Shown: piece after piece, positions 10,659-21,718 of the stretch | Position numbering within the stretch: the first letter of the stretch is position 1 | Layout: every line of letters starts with the position of its first letter | Assembly: GCA_965205945.1 (NCBI GenBank) | Contig: CBDBIB010000003.1 | Coordinates: forward strand, 544,394-608,393 | Source: Bdellovibrionales bacterium | GTDB lineage: Bacteria > Bdellovibrionota > Bdellovibrionia > Bdellovibrionales > UBA1609 | DNA length: 64,000 nt | Direction of reading: 5' to 3' | The notes under the pieces: generated by a model | Seen by the model: the letters and a program-made list of their open reading frames with translations, nothing else | Told to the model about the DNA's origin: nothing | Databases searched by the model: none | Program-made: the position numbers and the translations under genes

Positions 10659-11018
10659 TTAAGCTACTTTTTCAAAGATATTTGAAAGAACATTTTTTTT
10701 TGTTTCACGTTTAGATTCTAAAAAATAAATTAGATCATCAATGATTTGAATATCTTGATTATTAAACGGTGAAAATCTAACCCCACAGCCACGAATATTT
10801 TTCCAAATGATAGTTGCTAAGACTACACGTTTTCTGCCACTTAAGTTTAGGGTGATAGAGATTTTATCTCGAGAATTTAGATCTTTTAAAGAGTTTTCAA
10901 GGAAAGCTCCTGTAAGAGATATGTTTTTTAATGTTCCACTGACAAGGTTTCTTGCATAGTTTTTTTTAAATTCGATATCTAGCTCTAAAGGATATCTAGA
11001 TGAAGGTTTTGTGCTCAT
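10659..11018 (-). CDS. PilZ domain protein (likely start ATG 11018)
   Basis: NISLTGAF motif, I.WK...GCGVRF; AGGAG RBS upstream of ATG 11018; the RxxxR motif appears incomplete (KPSSRY). Confidence 0.8.
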   Translation of the reverse strand: MSTKPSSRYPLELDIEFKKNYARNLVSGTLKNISLTGAFLENSLKDLNSRDKISITLNLSGRKRVVLATIIWKNIRGCGVRFSPFNNQDIQIIDDLIYFLESKRETKKNVLSNIFEKVA

Positions 11019-11051
11019 AAATATGCTCCTTTTAATAATTTGATCAATCAT

Positions 11052-11078
11052 TGATCGGATATTAGCGTAAAGGGTTTA
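11052..11078 (-). promoter_or_regulatory. Sigma-28 (FliA)-type promoter of the PilZ gene
   Basis: Minus strand TAAA-N15-TCCGATCA with exact 15-nt spacing. Confidence 0.6.
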
Positions 11079-11296
11079 ATTTTATCAATTTGAGGCAATA
11101 TTTAACTAAAAAATACAAAGAAAAGTGAAATTTTATATTTTTATTATACTTTAAAAGAGTTTGTTGACAAAAAATAAAGAATAGCCGATGTATAAAAAAG
11201 TACCATAAAGTCGAAGTTTCTAAAAACTCGAAAAGTAATTAAGTACGTAACGTTAATTCCATTTTCAAGATATTATTGTTAATACGTGGGGGATAT

Positions 11297-12988
11297 ATGT
11301 CAGATGATGTTGTTAAACAACAGCCTGAAAAAAGAACTGAAGTAGCTAAAGCAAAAAAAGCCGAAGTTGATATTAAGGCAAAAAAAAAGGAGATTATTAT
11401 AGAAAAGTCCTCTAAAACTAAGCCTATGGGGGTATCGTCGGCTTCTGAAGCAAGACCTTTGGCTGAAACATCAGAGTTTCAACAAACACCTTCTCAAGGT
11501 AGATCAAACAATAATAGAAGCAATAATCGAAACAACCACAGAAGTAGTAATAATCGAAATAACAGTAGTAATAATCGAAATAATAGTGGTGGGAACAAGC
11601 GCCGTAGAGATTTTAATAATTATAGCGGGCAAGGTGGTGGAAATGGGCATTATGAAGATTTTGCTGTGCCTATGGACTCTGTTACATTAGAGAATATTGA
11701 TTTATCAGATATTAAGCTTACAGAAGCTGAAAAATCTGAATTGAGTGCAAAACACCTTAAGGCTAAAAAAATTGCTGATCTTGCCTCATTAGCTGAAAAA
11801 TTTAAAATTGAAAATGCTCCAGGATTAAGGAGACAAGAATTAGTTTTTGAAGTCTTAAAAAGAGCAGCGCTTTTAGGTGATATTTATGGTAATGGGGTTT
11901 TAGAGATTTTACCAGATGGTTATGGATTTTTAAGATCCCCGGATTATAATTATCTTCCCGGTTCAGATGATATCTATGTAAGCCAATCTCAAATTAGAAA
12001 ATTTGGGCTTAGAACAGGTGACACAGTTACAGGTACAGTTAGACCACCTAAAGAAGGTGAGAGATACTTTGCACTATTAAAAGTTGATAGTCTTAACTTT
12101 GGGCCTTATGGGGGGTCTAAAAATAAAATTTTATTTGATAACCTAACTCCTCTTTATCCAGAGGAAAAACTGCACTTAGAGTATACACCTAATGACTATA
12201 CCACTCGTGTGGTGGATTTAATGTCTCCCCTAGGTAAAGGGCAAAGGGCTTTAATCGTTGCGCCTCCAAGAACAGGGAAAACTGTTTTGATGCAAAACAT
12301 AGCAAATGCTATAACTCAAAATCATCCTAATATAACTTTAATTGTTCTTTTGATTGATGAAAGGCCTGAAGAAGTTACAGATATGTCTCGTAATGTTAAG
12401 GGCGAGGTTATTAGTTCAACTTTTGATGAGCCACCAACAAGACATGTGCAAGTAGCTGAAATGGTTATTGAAAAGGCTAAAAGGCTTGTAGAGCATAAAC
12501 ATGATGTGGTTATTTTATTAGATTCTATTACTCGTCTAGCTCGTGCCTACAACACAGTTATTCCTCCATCAGGAAAAATTTTGTCTGGTGGCGTAGACTC
12601 AAACGCACTACATAGGCCAAAGAGGTTTTTTGGCGCTGCAAGAAATATTGAAGAGGGTGGAAGCCTAACGATTATTGCAACAGCTCTTGTCGACACAGGT
12701 TCTAGAATGGATGAAGTGATTTTTGAAGAATTTAAAGGGACAGGCAACTCTGAAATTCATTTAGATCGCAAATTAATGGAAAAACGTATTTTCCCATGTA
12801 TGGATATTAACAAATCAGGTACAAGGAAAGAGGATTTACTAGTTGAAAAAGGTGATTTAAACCGCCTTTGGATTTTAAGAAAGGTTTTAGCGCCAATGAA
12901 TGTTATTGATAGTATGGAGTTTTTATTAGGTAAGCTTGAAAGTATGAAAACTAATGAAGATTTTTTAAAGGGCATGGGGGGCGGTTGA
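11297..12988 (+). CDS. rho: Transcription termination factor Rho with long N-terminal extension
   Basis: DGYGFLR, GKGQR...APPRTGKT and [13 protein letters not shown] motifs; ATG 11297 follows a GGGGGA RBS. Confidence 0.97.
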   Translation: MSDDVVKQQPEKRTEVAKAKKAEVDIKAKKKEIIIEKSSKTKPMGVSSASEARPLAETSEFQQTPSQGRSNNNRSNNRNNHRSSNNRNNSSNNRNNSGGNKRRRDFNNYSGQGGGNGHYEDFAVPMDSVTLENIDLSDIKLTEAEKSELSAKHLKAKKIADLASLAEKFKIENAPGLRRQELVFEVLKRAALLGDIYGNGVLEILPDGYGFLRSPDYNYLPGSDDIYVSQSQIRKFGLRTGDTVTGTVRPPKEGERYFALLKVDSLNFGPYGGSKNKILFDNLTPLYPEEKLHLEYTPNDYTTRVVDLMSPLGKGQRALIVAPPRTGKTVLMQNIANAITQNHPNITLIVLLIDERPEEVTDMSRNVKGEVISSTFDEPPTRHVQVAEMVIEKAKRLVEHKHDVVILLDSITRLARAYNTVIPPSGKILSGGVDSNALHRPKRFFGAARNIEEGGSLTIIATALVDTGSRMDEVIFEEFKGTGNSEIHLDRKLMEKRIFPCMDINKSGTRKEDLLVEKGDLNRLWILRKVLAPMNVIDSMEFLLGKLESMKTNEDFLKGMGGG

Positions 12989-13060
12989 CCTATTCTAGAT
13001 TAAACTGTACTTAATGGTCAACTTGAGTAAAGAATATTTGAATAAATAAAGGACTCAAAG

Positions 13061-13312
13061 ATGAAAAAAGATATACACCCTAAAAGTAGAAAAGTTGTTT
13101 TTAAAGACATCAGTGTTGGGTTTTCATTTTTAACAAATTCAACAGTGAGCACAAAAGAAACAGTTGAGTGGGAAGATGGTAAAGAATATCCATTATTTAC
13201 AACTGAAATTTCAAGTGCATCTCATCCTTTTTATACTGGAACTCAAAAAGTTTTAGATACAGAGGGTAGAATTGATCGCTTTAAAAAACGCTACGCTAAA
13301 CTTAATAAGTAA
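13061..13312 (+). CDS. rpmE: 50S ribosomal protein L31, type B (no Zn-binding cysteines)
   Basis: MKKDIHP...[12 protein letters not shown]...[10 protein letters not shown]. Confidence 0.95.
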   Translation: MKKDIHPKSRKVVFKDISVGFSFLTNSTVSTKETVEWEDGKEYPLFTTEISSASHPFYTGTQKVLDTEGRIDRFKKRYAKLNK

Positions 13313-13366
13313 GTTTGTTTCTAGACTTAGGAAGTTAAACTTCTTCATAACCTACGAGGCATTGCA

Positions 13367-14440
13367 TTGTTTCATAAATTAGAAGAATTAAAAAGTAAGT
13401 TTCAAAAATTAGAAAGAGATTTACAAAATCCCTCTATTATCCAAGACAACATAAAATATCAAAAACTTTTAAGAGAGCATGGTGAAATGGAGCCATTGGT
13501 TTCTTGTTATAAAGTGTATATAAAAGTTAAAAAAGATCTTAAAGAGAGCAAGGATTTATTAAAAATCGAGAAAAACGAGGAGATGAGAGAGCTTGTGAAG
13601 CTTGAAATTTCTGACTTAGAAGAGAGCGTTAAACAGCTACTTATGGATTTAAAAATCCACCTTTTACCTAAGGACCCTAAGGATAGTAAAAATATTATTT
13701 TAGAACTTCGTGCTGGTGCCGGCGGTGATGAAGCAGGACTTTTTGCTGAAGAGCTTTTTAGAGGGTACTCTTACTATGCACAAAAAAACTCTTGGAAAGT
13801 TGAAATTCTCTCCACTAGTTTAGGAGTTGTAGGAGGGTATAAGGAGGTTGTAGCTTTAATTAGTGGACAGAAAGTTTATAGTAAATTAAAATACGAAGGT
13901 GGTGTTCACAGAGTACAAAGGGTTCCTAAAACAGAAAGTCAAGGAAGAGTTCACACATCAACAGTTACTGTAGTGGTGGTAACAGAGGCTGAGGCTATAG
14001 ATGTTAATGTGCAAGATAAAGACTTAAGAATTGATGTTTTTAGATCAAGTGGTTCAGGTGGTCAACACGTAAACACCACAGATTCTGCTGTAAGAGTTAC
14101 CCACATTCCTTCAGGTGTTGTTGTGTCTTGTCAGGATGAAAAGTCACAAACTAAGAATAAAGCTAAGGCAATGAAAGTTCTTTACGCAAGACTACTTGCT
14201 TATGAGGAAGAAAAAGCTATTAAAGAAGCCTCAAATACAAGATTAAGCCAAATAGGCACAGGCGATAGGTCTGAGAGAATTAGAACCTATAATTTTCCAC
14301 AATCAAGGGTTACTGATCATAGGGTGAGTTTAACTTTATATAAGCTTGATGAAATTATGAGTGGGGATTTTGATGTTTTATTAGAGCCTTTAGCTGCACA
14401 TTACCAAGCAGAAATACTAAAAAATGAAATGAGCAATTAA
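13367..14440 (+). CDS. prfA: Peptide chain release factor 1
   Basis: PKT (PxT) motif, GGQ, GDRSERIRTYNFPQ. Confidence 0.97.
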   Translation: MFHKLEELKSKFQKLERDLQNPSIIQDNIKYQKLLREHGEMEPLVSCYKVYIKVKKDLKESKDLLKIEKNEEMRELVKLEISDLEESVKQLLMDLKIHLLPKDPKDSKNIILELRAGAGGDEAGLFAEELFRGYSYYAQKNSWKVEILSTSLGVVGGYKEVVALISGQKVYSKLKYEGGVHRVQRVPKTESQGRVHTSTVTVVVVTEAEAIDVNVQDKDLRIDVFRSSGSGGQHVNTTDSAVRVTHIPSGVVVSCQDEKSQTKNKAKAMKVLYARLLAYEEEKAIKEASNTRLSQIGTGDRSERIRTYNFPQSRVTDHRVSLTLYKLDEIMSGDFDVLLEPLAAHYQAEILKNEMSN

Positions 14441-14446
14441 AAGGTT

Positions 14447-15265
14447 ATGACTTTAAACGATTTTTTTTATTCTTGTGAAGAAAAAAGCTCACATTTATTT
14501 AAACAGTTTATTTGGATATTAGTGGAAAGATTTCAAGCTTCAGAGGCTAAGCTTATATCAGGAGAGCATAAACTTAGTAGGTTTGAGCAGAGTATATTGT
14601 TAGAGTGGATAGGGCTTAGGAAAAAAGAGTATCCCTTGCAGTATTTTATAGGAAGTGCTGAGTTTATGGGAGAAAAGTTTTTAGTTTCAAAAAAAGTTTT
14701 TATTCCAAGAATGGAAACAGAAGAAATTTCTGCATGGGTTGTTAAAAATTCTAGGGGCAAGAAGGTGAAATCTCTTTTGGATATAGGTTCTGGCTCGGGT
14801 TGTTTGGGCATAGGAACAGCGCTGTTTCTTCCAACTTTAAAAAAACTTGTGCTTATTGAACCTTTTGGGGATGAGTCTTTATCTAAAAATGTAAGGGCTT
14901 TATGTAGTCAAAGATCTTTTAAAACAAAGATTTTAAAAAAGAAATTCCAGGATTATAGTTTTGATCAAAAATTTGATCTTATAATAAGTAATCCTCCGTA
15001 TATTTATTTTAATGATCCAGATGTTGCTAAGGGGGTTTATAAATACGAACCAGCTCAAGCGCTTTTTGGAGGAGTTTTGGGTTGGGAGAAAATTATTAAT
15101 TGGGCTGAGCGCTGTTATGATTGGCTTTTAGAGGAAGGACTTTTAGTTTTTGAAATTTCTCATGATCAAAGAAATATTGTAGAAAAAAAATTAAAAAAGT
15201 ATAAGCCAAAGATCCACAAAGATAGTTTTGGTAAGGATAGATTTTTTGTAATAAAAAAGGTGTAA
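14447..15265 (+). CDS. prmC: Release factor glutamine methyltransferase
   Basis: FIPRMETE, DIGSGSG and SNPPY motifs; follows prfA. Confidence 0.9.
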   Translation: MTLNDFFYSCEEKSSHLFKQFIWILVERFQASEAKLISGEHKLSRFEQSILLEWIGLRKKEYPLQYFIGSAEFMGEKFLVSKKVFIPRMETEEISAWVVKNSRGKKVKSLLDIGSGSGCLGIGTALFLPTLKKLVLIEPFGDESLSKNVRALCSQRSFKTKILKKKFQDYSFDQKFDLIISNPPYIYFNDPDVAKGVYKYEPAQALFGGVLGWEKIINWAERCYDWLLEEGLLVFEISHDQRNIVEKKLKKYKPKIHKDSFGKDRFFVIKKV

Positions 15266-15276
15266 GGAGAGTTGCT

Positions 15277-16542
15277 GTGGATAAAATTAATATTAAAGGT
15301 GAGAAAAAGCTTTATGGAAGTGTTAAAATAAGTGGGGCTAAAAATTCAGCATTACCGATACTATTTTCAACACTTTTGGTTGAGGGAAAACACACAATTA
15401 AAAATTTACCGAATTTAGCAGATGTTAATTTTTCATTAAAAATTCTTCAAGAGCTTGGCGCAACATATGCTTTTGATAAAGCCAATGCCACTGCTCAAAT
15501 TAATATACCTGAAAAACTCAAATCTATTGCAGCCTATGATCTTGTTAGAAAGATGAGAGCAAGTATTTTAGTTTTAGGGCCATTACTTGCAAGGCTGGGT
15601 TGTGCAAAAGTGAGCCTTCCTGGAGGTTGTGCAATTGGTAAAAGGCCTATTGATTTTCATTTAAAAGCTTTTAAAAGGCTTGGTGCTAAGATTACTGTTG
15701 TAGAGGGCTATGTTTTTGCAACTTGTAAAAAGCTTAAAGGGGCTGAGGTGTTTTTTGAGCAACCAACAGTCGGTGGAACCGAAAACATCTTAATGGCAGC
15801 AGCATTAACAAAAGGAATTACGGTTTTAAAAAACGCGGCAAAAGAACCTGAAGTTGTGGATCTTGGAAATTATTTATCTAAAATGGGTGTGCAAATTAAA
15901 GGATTAGGAACATCAACAATTACGATTTTAGGGGCTCAAAAGTTACAGACTCCAGAATCACATTTAATAATTAGTGATAGAATTGAAGCTGGGACATTCA
16001 TCTGTGCTGCTTTAATAGCTAAATCAAATATTAATGTTGAAAATATAAATCCAGATCATTTAAAGGCCCTTCTTAAAACCCTTAAAGAGGCTGGGGCTAG
16101 ATTTGAAATTTTAGAAATGAGTATTAAAGTTTTAGGTGCTGAAATTAAAAATTTAAAGCCAATAAATATTAAAACAGCCCCCTATCCAGGGTTTCCCACG
16201 GACCTACAGGCGCAGGTGATGACACTACTCACTCAGGCTGATGGTATAAGTTTGATTGAAGAAGAAATTTTTGAAAATAGATTTATGCATGTTCAAGAAC
16301 TTGCAAGATTAGGAGCTCATATTAAAACTAACTTTAAAAGAGCTCAAATTTTTGGACCATCAAAACTTACAGGAGCCTGTGTCATGGCCACAGATTTAAG
16401 AGCAAGCGCCTCACTTGTTCTTGCAGGTTTAGCAGCTAAAGGCACGACACAGGTGAGCAGGGTTTATCATTTAGATAGGGGTTATGAAAAAATAGAGGAA
16501 AAAATTTCTAACCTTGGTGGGAGTATTGAAAGGATAAAATAA
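15277..16542 (+). CDS. murA: UDP-N-acetylglucosamine 1-carboxyvinyltransferase
   Basis: SGAKNS, LPGGCAIG.RP, PGFPTDLQAQ and ATDLRAS motifs. Confidence 0.97.
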   Translation: MDKINIKGEKKLYGSVKISGAKNSALPILFSTLLVEGKHTIKNLPNLADVNFSLKILQELGATYAFDKANATAQINIPEKLKSIAAYDLVRKMRASILVLGPLLARLGCAKVSLPGGCAIGKRPIDFHLKAFKRLGAKITVVEGYVFATCKKLKGAEVFFEQPTVGGTENILMAAALTKGITVLKNAAKEPEVVDLGNYLSKMGVQIKGLGTSTITILGAQKLQTPESHLIISDRIEAGTFICAALIAKSNINVENINPDHLKALLKTLKEAGARFEILEMSIKVLGAEIKNLKPINIKTAPYPGFPTDLQAQVMTLLTQADGISLIEEEIFENRFMHVQELARLGAHIKTNFKRAQIFGPSKLTGACVMATDLRASASLVLAGLAAKGTTQVSRVYHLDRGYEKIEEKISNLGGSIERIK

Positions 16543-16962
16543 AAATGCTTTTTTTTTAAACAAGAGTTTAAGTAAGAGCATTAAAGAGTTTTTTTAAACT
16601 ATCTGGCTTTAGAATATAAAATATTTTAGATTTCATTAAAAATTTAAAATAAGAAAGCTTAGTAAATACTTTTTTTGCTTTTGATCTAAAATTAATTATT
16701 ATAAATTTTAAAAAAGTTTAATTTTTTTATGGTTCTTCACCTATACACTTAGACTAAAGATTGTTTAAAAAGGCTTGGCTAAACTAGTTATTTTAAATAG
16801 GTCTTATGAGTACATAAACAGCTTAAGAATATAAAAGAAAAGTAAATACTTATTATTATCTTAAAGATAAAGCTCACAGTTTCTTTGTTGTAGCCTCTTG
16901 CTAAAGTTTTCTGGATTTAAAGGTTAAACTTTGCGGTGAAAGAAGAATAATAGGGATTTTTT

Positions 16963-16990
16963 TTGCTTCAAACGTATTTAAGTGTAGAAT
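16963..16990 (+). promoter_or_regulatory. Possible sigma-70 promoter upstream of the TPR gene
   Basis: TTGCTT-N16-TAGAAT; AT-rich background lowers specificity. Confidence 0.35.
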
Positions 16991-17076
16991 GTAAAATTAT
17001 CCTGTAATTATATTAGTTTATAGACTTTGTGCCAGTATGAAATCAGGTTTTTAAATGAGGATTTAAAGGAGGGCTA

Positions 17077-20000
17077 GTGAGCAATTTGTGGATCGTTAAG
17101 GATGCTTTCGGTCAAATTCAAGGGCCTTTTGAGACCAGTGAAGTTCTTATTCAGATTAAAAATGAAATTTTAACAGGTGATGAGCAAATAGCCTCATATC
17201 CTGAAGGCGCCTGGCAGCAGATTTCTGCAGAGCCGGAGTTTTTTAATTATATGCTTGCTGTTTTATCTGGTACAGAAGCTAAGAATGAAGAAGAAAAAGA
17301 GCAAAAATCAGATTTAAAACATAAGACTATTAAATTAGATGAAAGAGATGAGATTCATGGGGACGATGAATCTAAAGGCTTTAAAGTTAAAGATATTTTA
17401 AACGAAGCTAAACCAATCTTTCCGGAGAATATGGGAGAAGAGCATCAAGATCTTAACAAGGATGAGGTGAGTGCTGGGGATGAGCTTTTATCTCCTCCAC
17501 CTAAAGCATTTATAAAGCATAGAGAGATTAAAGGGCGTTTGCATTTATTTGAAGATAGGCAAGCATTAACAGTTGATAGGTTGGAGGAGTTAAAAGAAAA
17601 AAGTAAGAAAAGAGAAAAAAATAAAAAATTTTTATATTTAATTTTAGTCATTGGAATAGGGTTATTTATAAGTTTACTTTTTATTGAAGACAAAGCTGTT
17701 AAAAAGTCAGACAGATATAGATTTATTCTTCCTGAAAAATCTAAATTTAAAGTTACAGATTCTGTTCAAAAGAAAGAAAGCCTTACAAAAGCTATAGAGT
17801 TGATACAAAGTGATTTAGTTCTTAATATTATGAAGGGACAAGTGTTGCTTAATGGGGTTTTATCTTATGAACCTAGAAATAAAACTAGTCTTCTTTTATT
17901 GTGTGGATCGTATTTAAGATTATGGGAGTATACATCTAAAACAGTTTCTGATCTTTATGTTGTTTCAGAAGTGGGTAAAAGAGTTTATCAAATTGGTAGT
18001 AATGATGATGCTATGTATGTTTGTAAACTGACAGAGATGATTTTAAGAGGAAAAAATGCTGAGGCTAGTTTAAGTGTAAATTCATATTTAAATTCAGAAG
18101 GAATGTCTGGAGAGCACTCTTTTTATCTTAGATATTTTAAAGGCCTTTTACTATATATGAAAAGGAACTATCATGTTTCAGCATCTTTTTTAGAGAGTTC
18201 TTTAAAAATTAAGAAAGAATGGATTCCATCTTGGATGCTGTTAGGTATGGTTTATAACAGACAAAATCGAAGTCAAGAGGCGTATAATGTTTTTAAAAGA
18301 GTTTTACAGTTAAGCCCCAATCATCCAGAAGCTTTATTTCAGCTAACAATTTTAAATATTGAAGTTTTTAGTAAGTTTAAAATAGGCTTAAAGTATTTTA
18401 AGAAAGCTTTAAAAGTTACTAGCAAAGGCAGAGTGGATAAACATATTCAATCAAAAGCATATGCCAGTGTTGCAAAGGTATATTTTAAGAAAGGAAAAAC
18501 TTTAAAAGCAGAAAAGTTTGCAAGAACTGCATTTGACTTGGATCAGTCAAATATTCTAGCAAAGAATATTTTAATATTTGTAGGAGCTAAAGCTGATTCA
18601 TCTTTTGCAGATAAGTATATTATTGCTGAAGCTAATATACTTTATAATGCTAAAGAGTGGGAGGCAGCCATTGCAATGTATGAAAAAGCTTATAAAATTA
18701 ATCCTAGAAATAGTTTTACAGCGTTGCAGATTGCTAATTGCTATTGGAATCGATCTTTTATAAAAGATGCCATTAAATGGGCTGAGCTTGCTGTGGCAGC
18801 TAATCCTAAAGATGTAGAGGCCTATATTATATTAGCAAAGTTTTTAATTAATCAGTACAGATTAGTTGACGCAGCAAGGGTGTTGATGAAGGCAAAAGGA
18901 ATAAATAAATTAAACTATAAAATTTATACAGGCTTTGCTCAAATAGAGTTTTATCGTAAAAATTATCAAAGAGCGCTTAAGTTTGCTAAGGAAGCATTAA
19001 GAATATACTCTAATAATGTAGATGCAAGTATTATTTCCATAAAGGCTTTAAAAAAACTTGGTGAAATTGAAAAAGCGTATGTACATGCAAGTACTTCCAT
19101 AGAAGTGAATCATTCTTCTTTTGAACTTGAAAATTTATATGTTGAATTATTGATGAAAACTCAAGGCTTAGATTTTGCAGAAGAATATATTAATGATCGT
19201 ATAAAGGTTTTTTCTGGAGATTTAAAATATCAAATTATTCTTGCAAACGTATATATTCAAGATCAACAATATGAAAAAGCAGCTAAAATTGTTCAAAGAG
19301 CGAACGAACTTTTAGAGTGGGAGTCTTGGGATGGAATTATTACTTACGCAAATGCTATGAGATTTTTAGGTAAGCTTGAAAGAGCCTTAGATAGTTACGA
19401 GAGAGCTTATTTGATGAAGCCAACAAAAATTAATCCTCTTTTTGAAAGTGGAGTTATGTTTACGAAAAATTTGAAACCAAATCAGGCTATTAAGCAATTT
19501 AAGAGGGTGAAGCGTGCGAATCCATTATTCCCAGATTTGCTATATCAATGGGCTAGAGCAGTAAAGCTGCTTGCTGAAAAAAAACAAGATCCAAAAATAG
19601 TTCAAGAAGCCATTGATTTATGTAAGCAAGAATTATTAAGCAATCCATCACATTTTGAATCTTACTTAATAATAGCTGAGAGCTATCATCTTCTTGGAAA
19701 CATAGCTAGAAATAAGATTAAAACGATGAATACTCAAGATAGTAAGTATTCAGAAACTTATAGTGAAATGATTTCTTGGTACAAGCTTTGTGCAAAAAAC
19801 TATCAAAAGTCTATAGATAAAGCCGTTCAATCTGGTGAAGTTTATATTGATATGGCTCGTTGTTATAGATTAAGTGGAGCATTAGATCAGGCAAGGGCTA
19901 GTGCCATTGTGGCAGAAAGCTTGGATAAAACAAATCCTCGTATTTGGCTTGAAATAGCTCAAATATATGAGCAACAGGGAGGATATAGAGAGGCTTTAAA

Positions 20001-20100
20001 AGCATATGAGAATTTTTTACTAATATATCCGAACGCTCCAAATAAAAAAGATATTGAAAACAGGCTTAACAAGCTTAAAAGTATGGTTGAGGGGAAATAA
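17077..20100 (+). CDS. Membrane-anchored TPR protein with N-terminal GYF_2-like domain
   Basis: W.VKD..GQIQGPF N-terminus, one TM segment near aa 185-203, many TPR-like helical repeats. Confidence 0.75.
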   Translation: MSNLWIVKDAFGQIQGPFETSEVLIQIKNEILTGDEQIASYPEGAWQQISAEPEFFNYMLAVLSGTEAKNEEEKEQKSDLKHKTIKLDERDEIHGDDESKGFKVKDILNEAKPIFPENMGEEHQDLNKDEVSAGDELLSPPPKAFIKHREIKGRLHLFEDRQALTVDRLEELKEKSKKREKNKKFLYLILVIGIGLFISLLFIEDKAVKKSDRYRFILPEKSKFKVTDSVQKKESLTKAIELIQSDLVLNIMKGQVLLNGVLSYEPRNKTSLLLLCGSYLRLWEYTSKTVSDLYVVSEVGKRVYQIGSNDDAMYVCKLTEMILRGKNAEASLSVNSYLNSEGMSGEHSFYLRYFKGLLLYMKRNYHVSASFLESSLKIKKEWIPSWMLLGMVYNRQNRSQEAYNVFKRVLQLSPNHPEALFQLTILNIEVFSKFKIGLKYFKKALKVTSKGRVDKHIQSKAYASVAKVYFKKGKTLKAEKFARTAFDLDQSNILAKNILIFVGAKADSSFADKYIIAEANILYNAKEWEAAIAMYEKAYKINPRNSFTALQIANCYWNRSFIKDAIKWAELAVAANPKDVEAYIILAKFLINQYRLVDAARVLMKAKGINKLNYKIYTGFAQIEFYRKNYQRALKFAKEALRIYSNNVDASIISIKALKKLGEIEKAYVHASTSIEVNHSSFELENLYVELLMKTQGLDFAEEYINDRIKVFSGDLKYQIILANVYIQDQQYEKAAKIVQRANELLEWESWDGIITYANAMRFLGKLERALDSYERAYLMKPTKINPLFESGVMFTKNLKPNQAIKQFKRVKRANPLFPDLLYQWARAVKLLAEKKQDPKIVQEAIDLCKQELLSNPSHFESYLIIAESYHLLGNIARNKIKTMNTQDSKYSETYSEMISWYKLCAKNYQKSIDKAVQSGEVYIDMARCYRLSGALDQARASAIVAESLDKTNPRIWLEIAQIYEQQGGYREALKAYENFLLIYPNAPNKKDIENRLNKLKSMVEGK

Positions 20101-20384
20101 TGTTAATAGACGAATCAGGTGGTAGAGCGATGTTTTTAAATTTTTTTATATGGATGGTTAAATGGCTTTCAGGTTTTATTTTTAGTTTTATTATTGCTGC
20201 TTTTGGTTTATTTATTTTTAATTATGGAACATTTTCATTTATATTTACGTTGATTGCAGGACAAATTCTTTTTTGGAGAGGGTTTCATAAACGTGGTTTA
20301 ATATCAGTATTGATATTTGACGCTCTTGTTATTTTTCTTCTTTTTATGCTTAGGTTATATATTATTTTAGGACCCAACGTTTAG
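20100..20384 (+). CDS. Small hypothetical membrane protein
   Basis: About three hydrophobic segments; tightly packed between the TPR gene and serS. Confidence 0.65.
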   Translation: MLIDESGGRAMFLNFFIWMVKWLSGFIFSFIIAAFGLFIFNYGTFSFIFTLIAGQILFWRGFHKRGLISVLIFDALVIFLLFMLRLYIILGPNV

Positions 20385-20415
20385 GTTAAAGAAATGTGAG
20401 AGTAGGAGTTATAAA

Positions 20416-21708
20416 TTGATTGATTTAAAATGGCTGTATCAAAATTCTAAAGAGGGTGTTGCTAACTCTAAAATTTATAAAAAAAATCTAATTGATCGTG
20501 GAATGTCAGGAGATGAAGTAAATCTTCTTTTAATGCTTGATAAGAAGAGAAAACTTTCAATTCATAACTTTGAATCTAAAAAATCTGAACAGAAAAAATC
20601 CAGTCAAGATTTTGCAAAAATAAAGGAGAAAGGGCTAATTTCAAAAGATTTATTGCTGAAAATGAAAAATTTAAGTAAAGATGTTAAAAACTTAGAGCTT
20701 TTAACTCAGCAGGCTCAGGATAAAATTAATGAGATTCTTCAGATTTTACCAAACCGTCTAGATAAAAATATCCCTATTGGTCGCTCAGAAGAAGATAATG
20801 TTGTTTTGCATGAATGGGGGAAAAAAAAAGTTTATAAGTTTAAAGCAAAAGAGCATTGGCAGCTTGGGGAAAGTAATGGGACCATAGATTTTGATCGAGC
20901 GGGTAAAATATCAGGCTCTCGATTTGCTTTTTTAAGAGGCCAAGGAGCAAAACTTGAGAGAGCTTTAATACAATTTATGTTAGATAAACATGTTCAAGAA
21001 CATGGTTATGAGGAAATATTTCCACCTCTTATAGTAAATTCTAAAGCTTTATTTGGAACTAGTAATTTTCCTAAATTTAGAGAAGATGTTTTTAAAATTA
21101 AAGGCAGAGATGGTTATTTGATTCCCACAGCTGAGGTTCCGTTGACAAATCTTTATGCTGGAGAAATTCTTAAAGAAGAAGATTTGCCAAAAAAATTTAC
21201 AGCTTACACCCCCTGTTTTAGATCCGAGGCGGGAAGTTATGGTCAAGATACCAAGGGTTTAATTAGGCAGCATCAGTTTAATAAAGTAGAAATTGTTAAA
21301 CTAACTCATCCTGATAAATCAGAAGAAGAGCATTTAAAGCTTTTAAAAGACGCTGAAAGTATTCTTCAAGATCTTAATTTACATTATCAAACAAGGCAGT
21401 TGTGCTCAGGAGATATAAGCTTTGGAGCCATGAAGTGCTTTGATATAAACGTATGGCTTCCAGGGCAACAAGCCTATAGGGAGATTAGTTCTTGTTCTAA
21501 TTTTGGAGATTTTCAAGCTAGACGGGCAAATATTAGATTTAAGCCTTTTAATGGAGGAAAGCCTTTATTAATACATACTCTAAACGGTTCAGGCTTGGCT
21601 GTAGGAAGAACAATGGTAGCCGTTTATGAAAACTATCAACAAGAAGATGGGTCAATAATTGTACCAGAAGTTTTAAAAAAATATATGGGTAAAGAAATTA
21701 TTAAATAA
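20416..21708 (+). CDS. serS: Serine--tRNA ligase
   Basis: LIPTAEVP, FRSEAGSYG, YREISSCSN and HTLNGSGLAVGR motifs. Confidence 0.97.
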   Translation: MIDLKWLYQNSKEGVANSKIYKKNLIDRGMSGDEVNLLLMLDKKRKLSIHNFESKKSEQKKSSQDFAKIKEKGLISKDLLLKMKNLSKDVKNLELLTQQAQDKINEILQILPNRLDKNIPIGRSEEDNVVLHEWGKKKVYKFKAKEHWQLGESNGTIDFDRAGKISGSRFAFLRGQGAKLERALIQFMLDKHVQEHGYEEIFPPLIVNSKALFGTSNFPKFREDVFKIKGRDGYLIPTAEVPLTNLYAGEILKEEDLPKKFTAYTPCFRSEAGSYGQDTKGLIRQHQFNKVEIVKLTHPDKSEEEHLKLLKDAESILQDLNLHYQTRQLCSGDISFGAMKCFDINVWLPGQQAYREISSCSNFGDFQARRANIRFKPFNGGKPLLIHTLNGSGLAVGRTMVAVYENYQQEDGSIIVPEVLKKYMGKEIIK

Positions 21709-21718
21709 GGAGTTTTAA

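Noticed and set aside
11164..11196. TTGACA...TATAAA as the rho promoter
   Set aside because: Spacing is 21 bp, too long for a canonical sigma-70 promoter.
16543..16960. Long AT-rich gap after murA as a hidden gene or RNA
   Set aside because: No convincing reading frame, repeat or stable structure found by eye.
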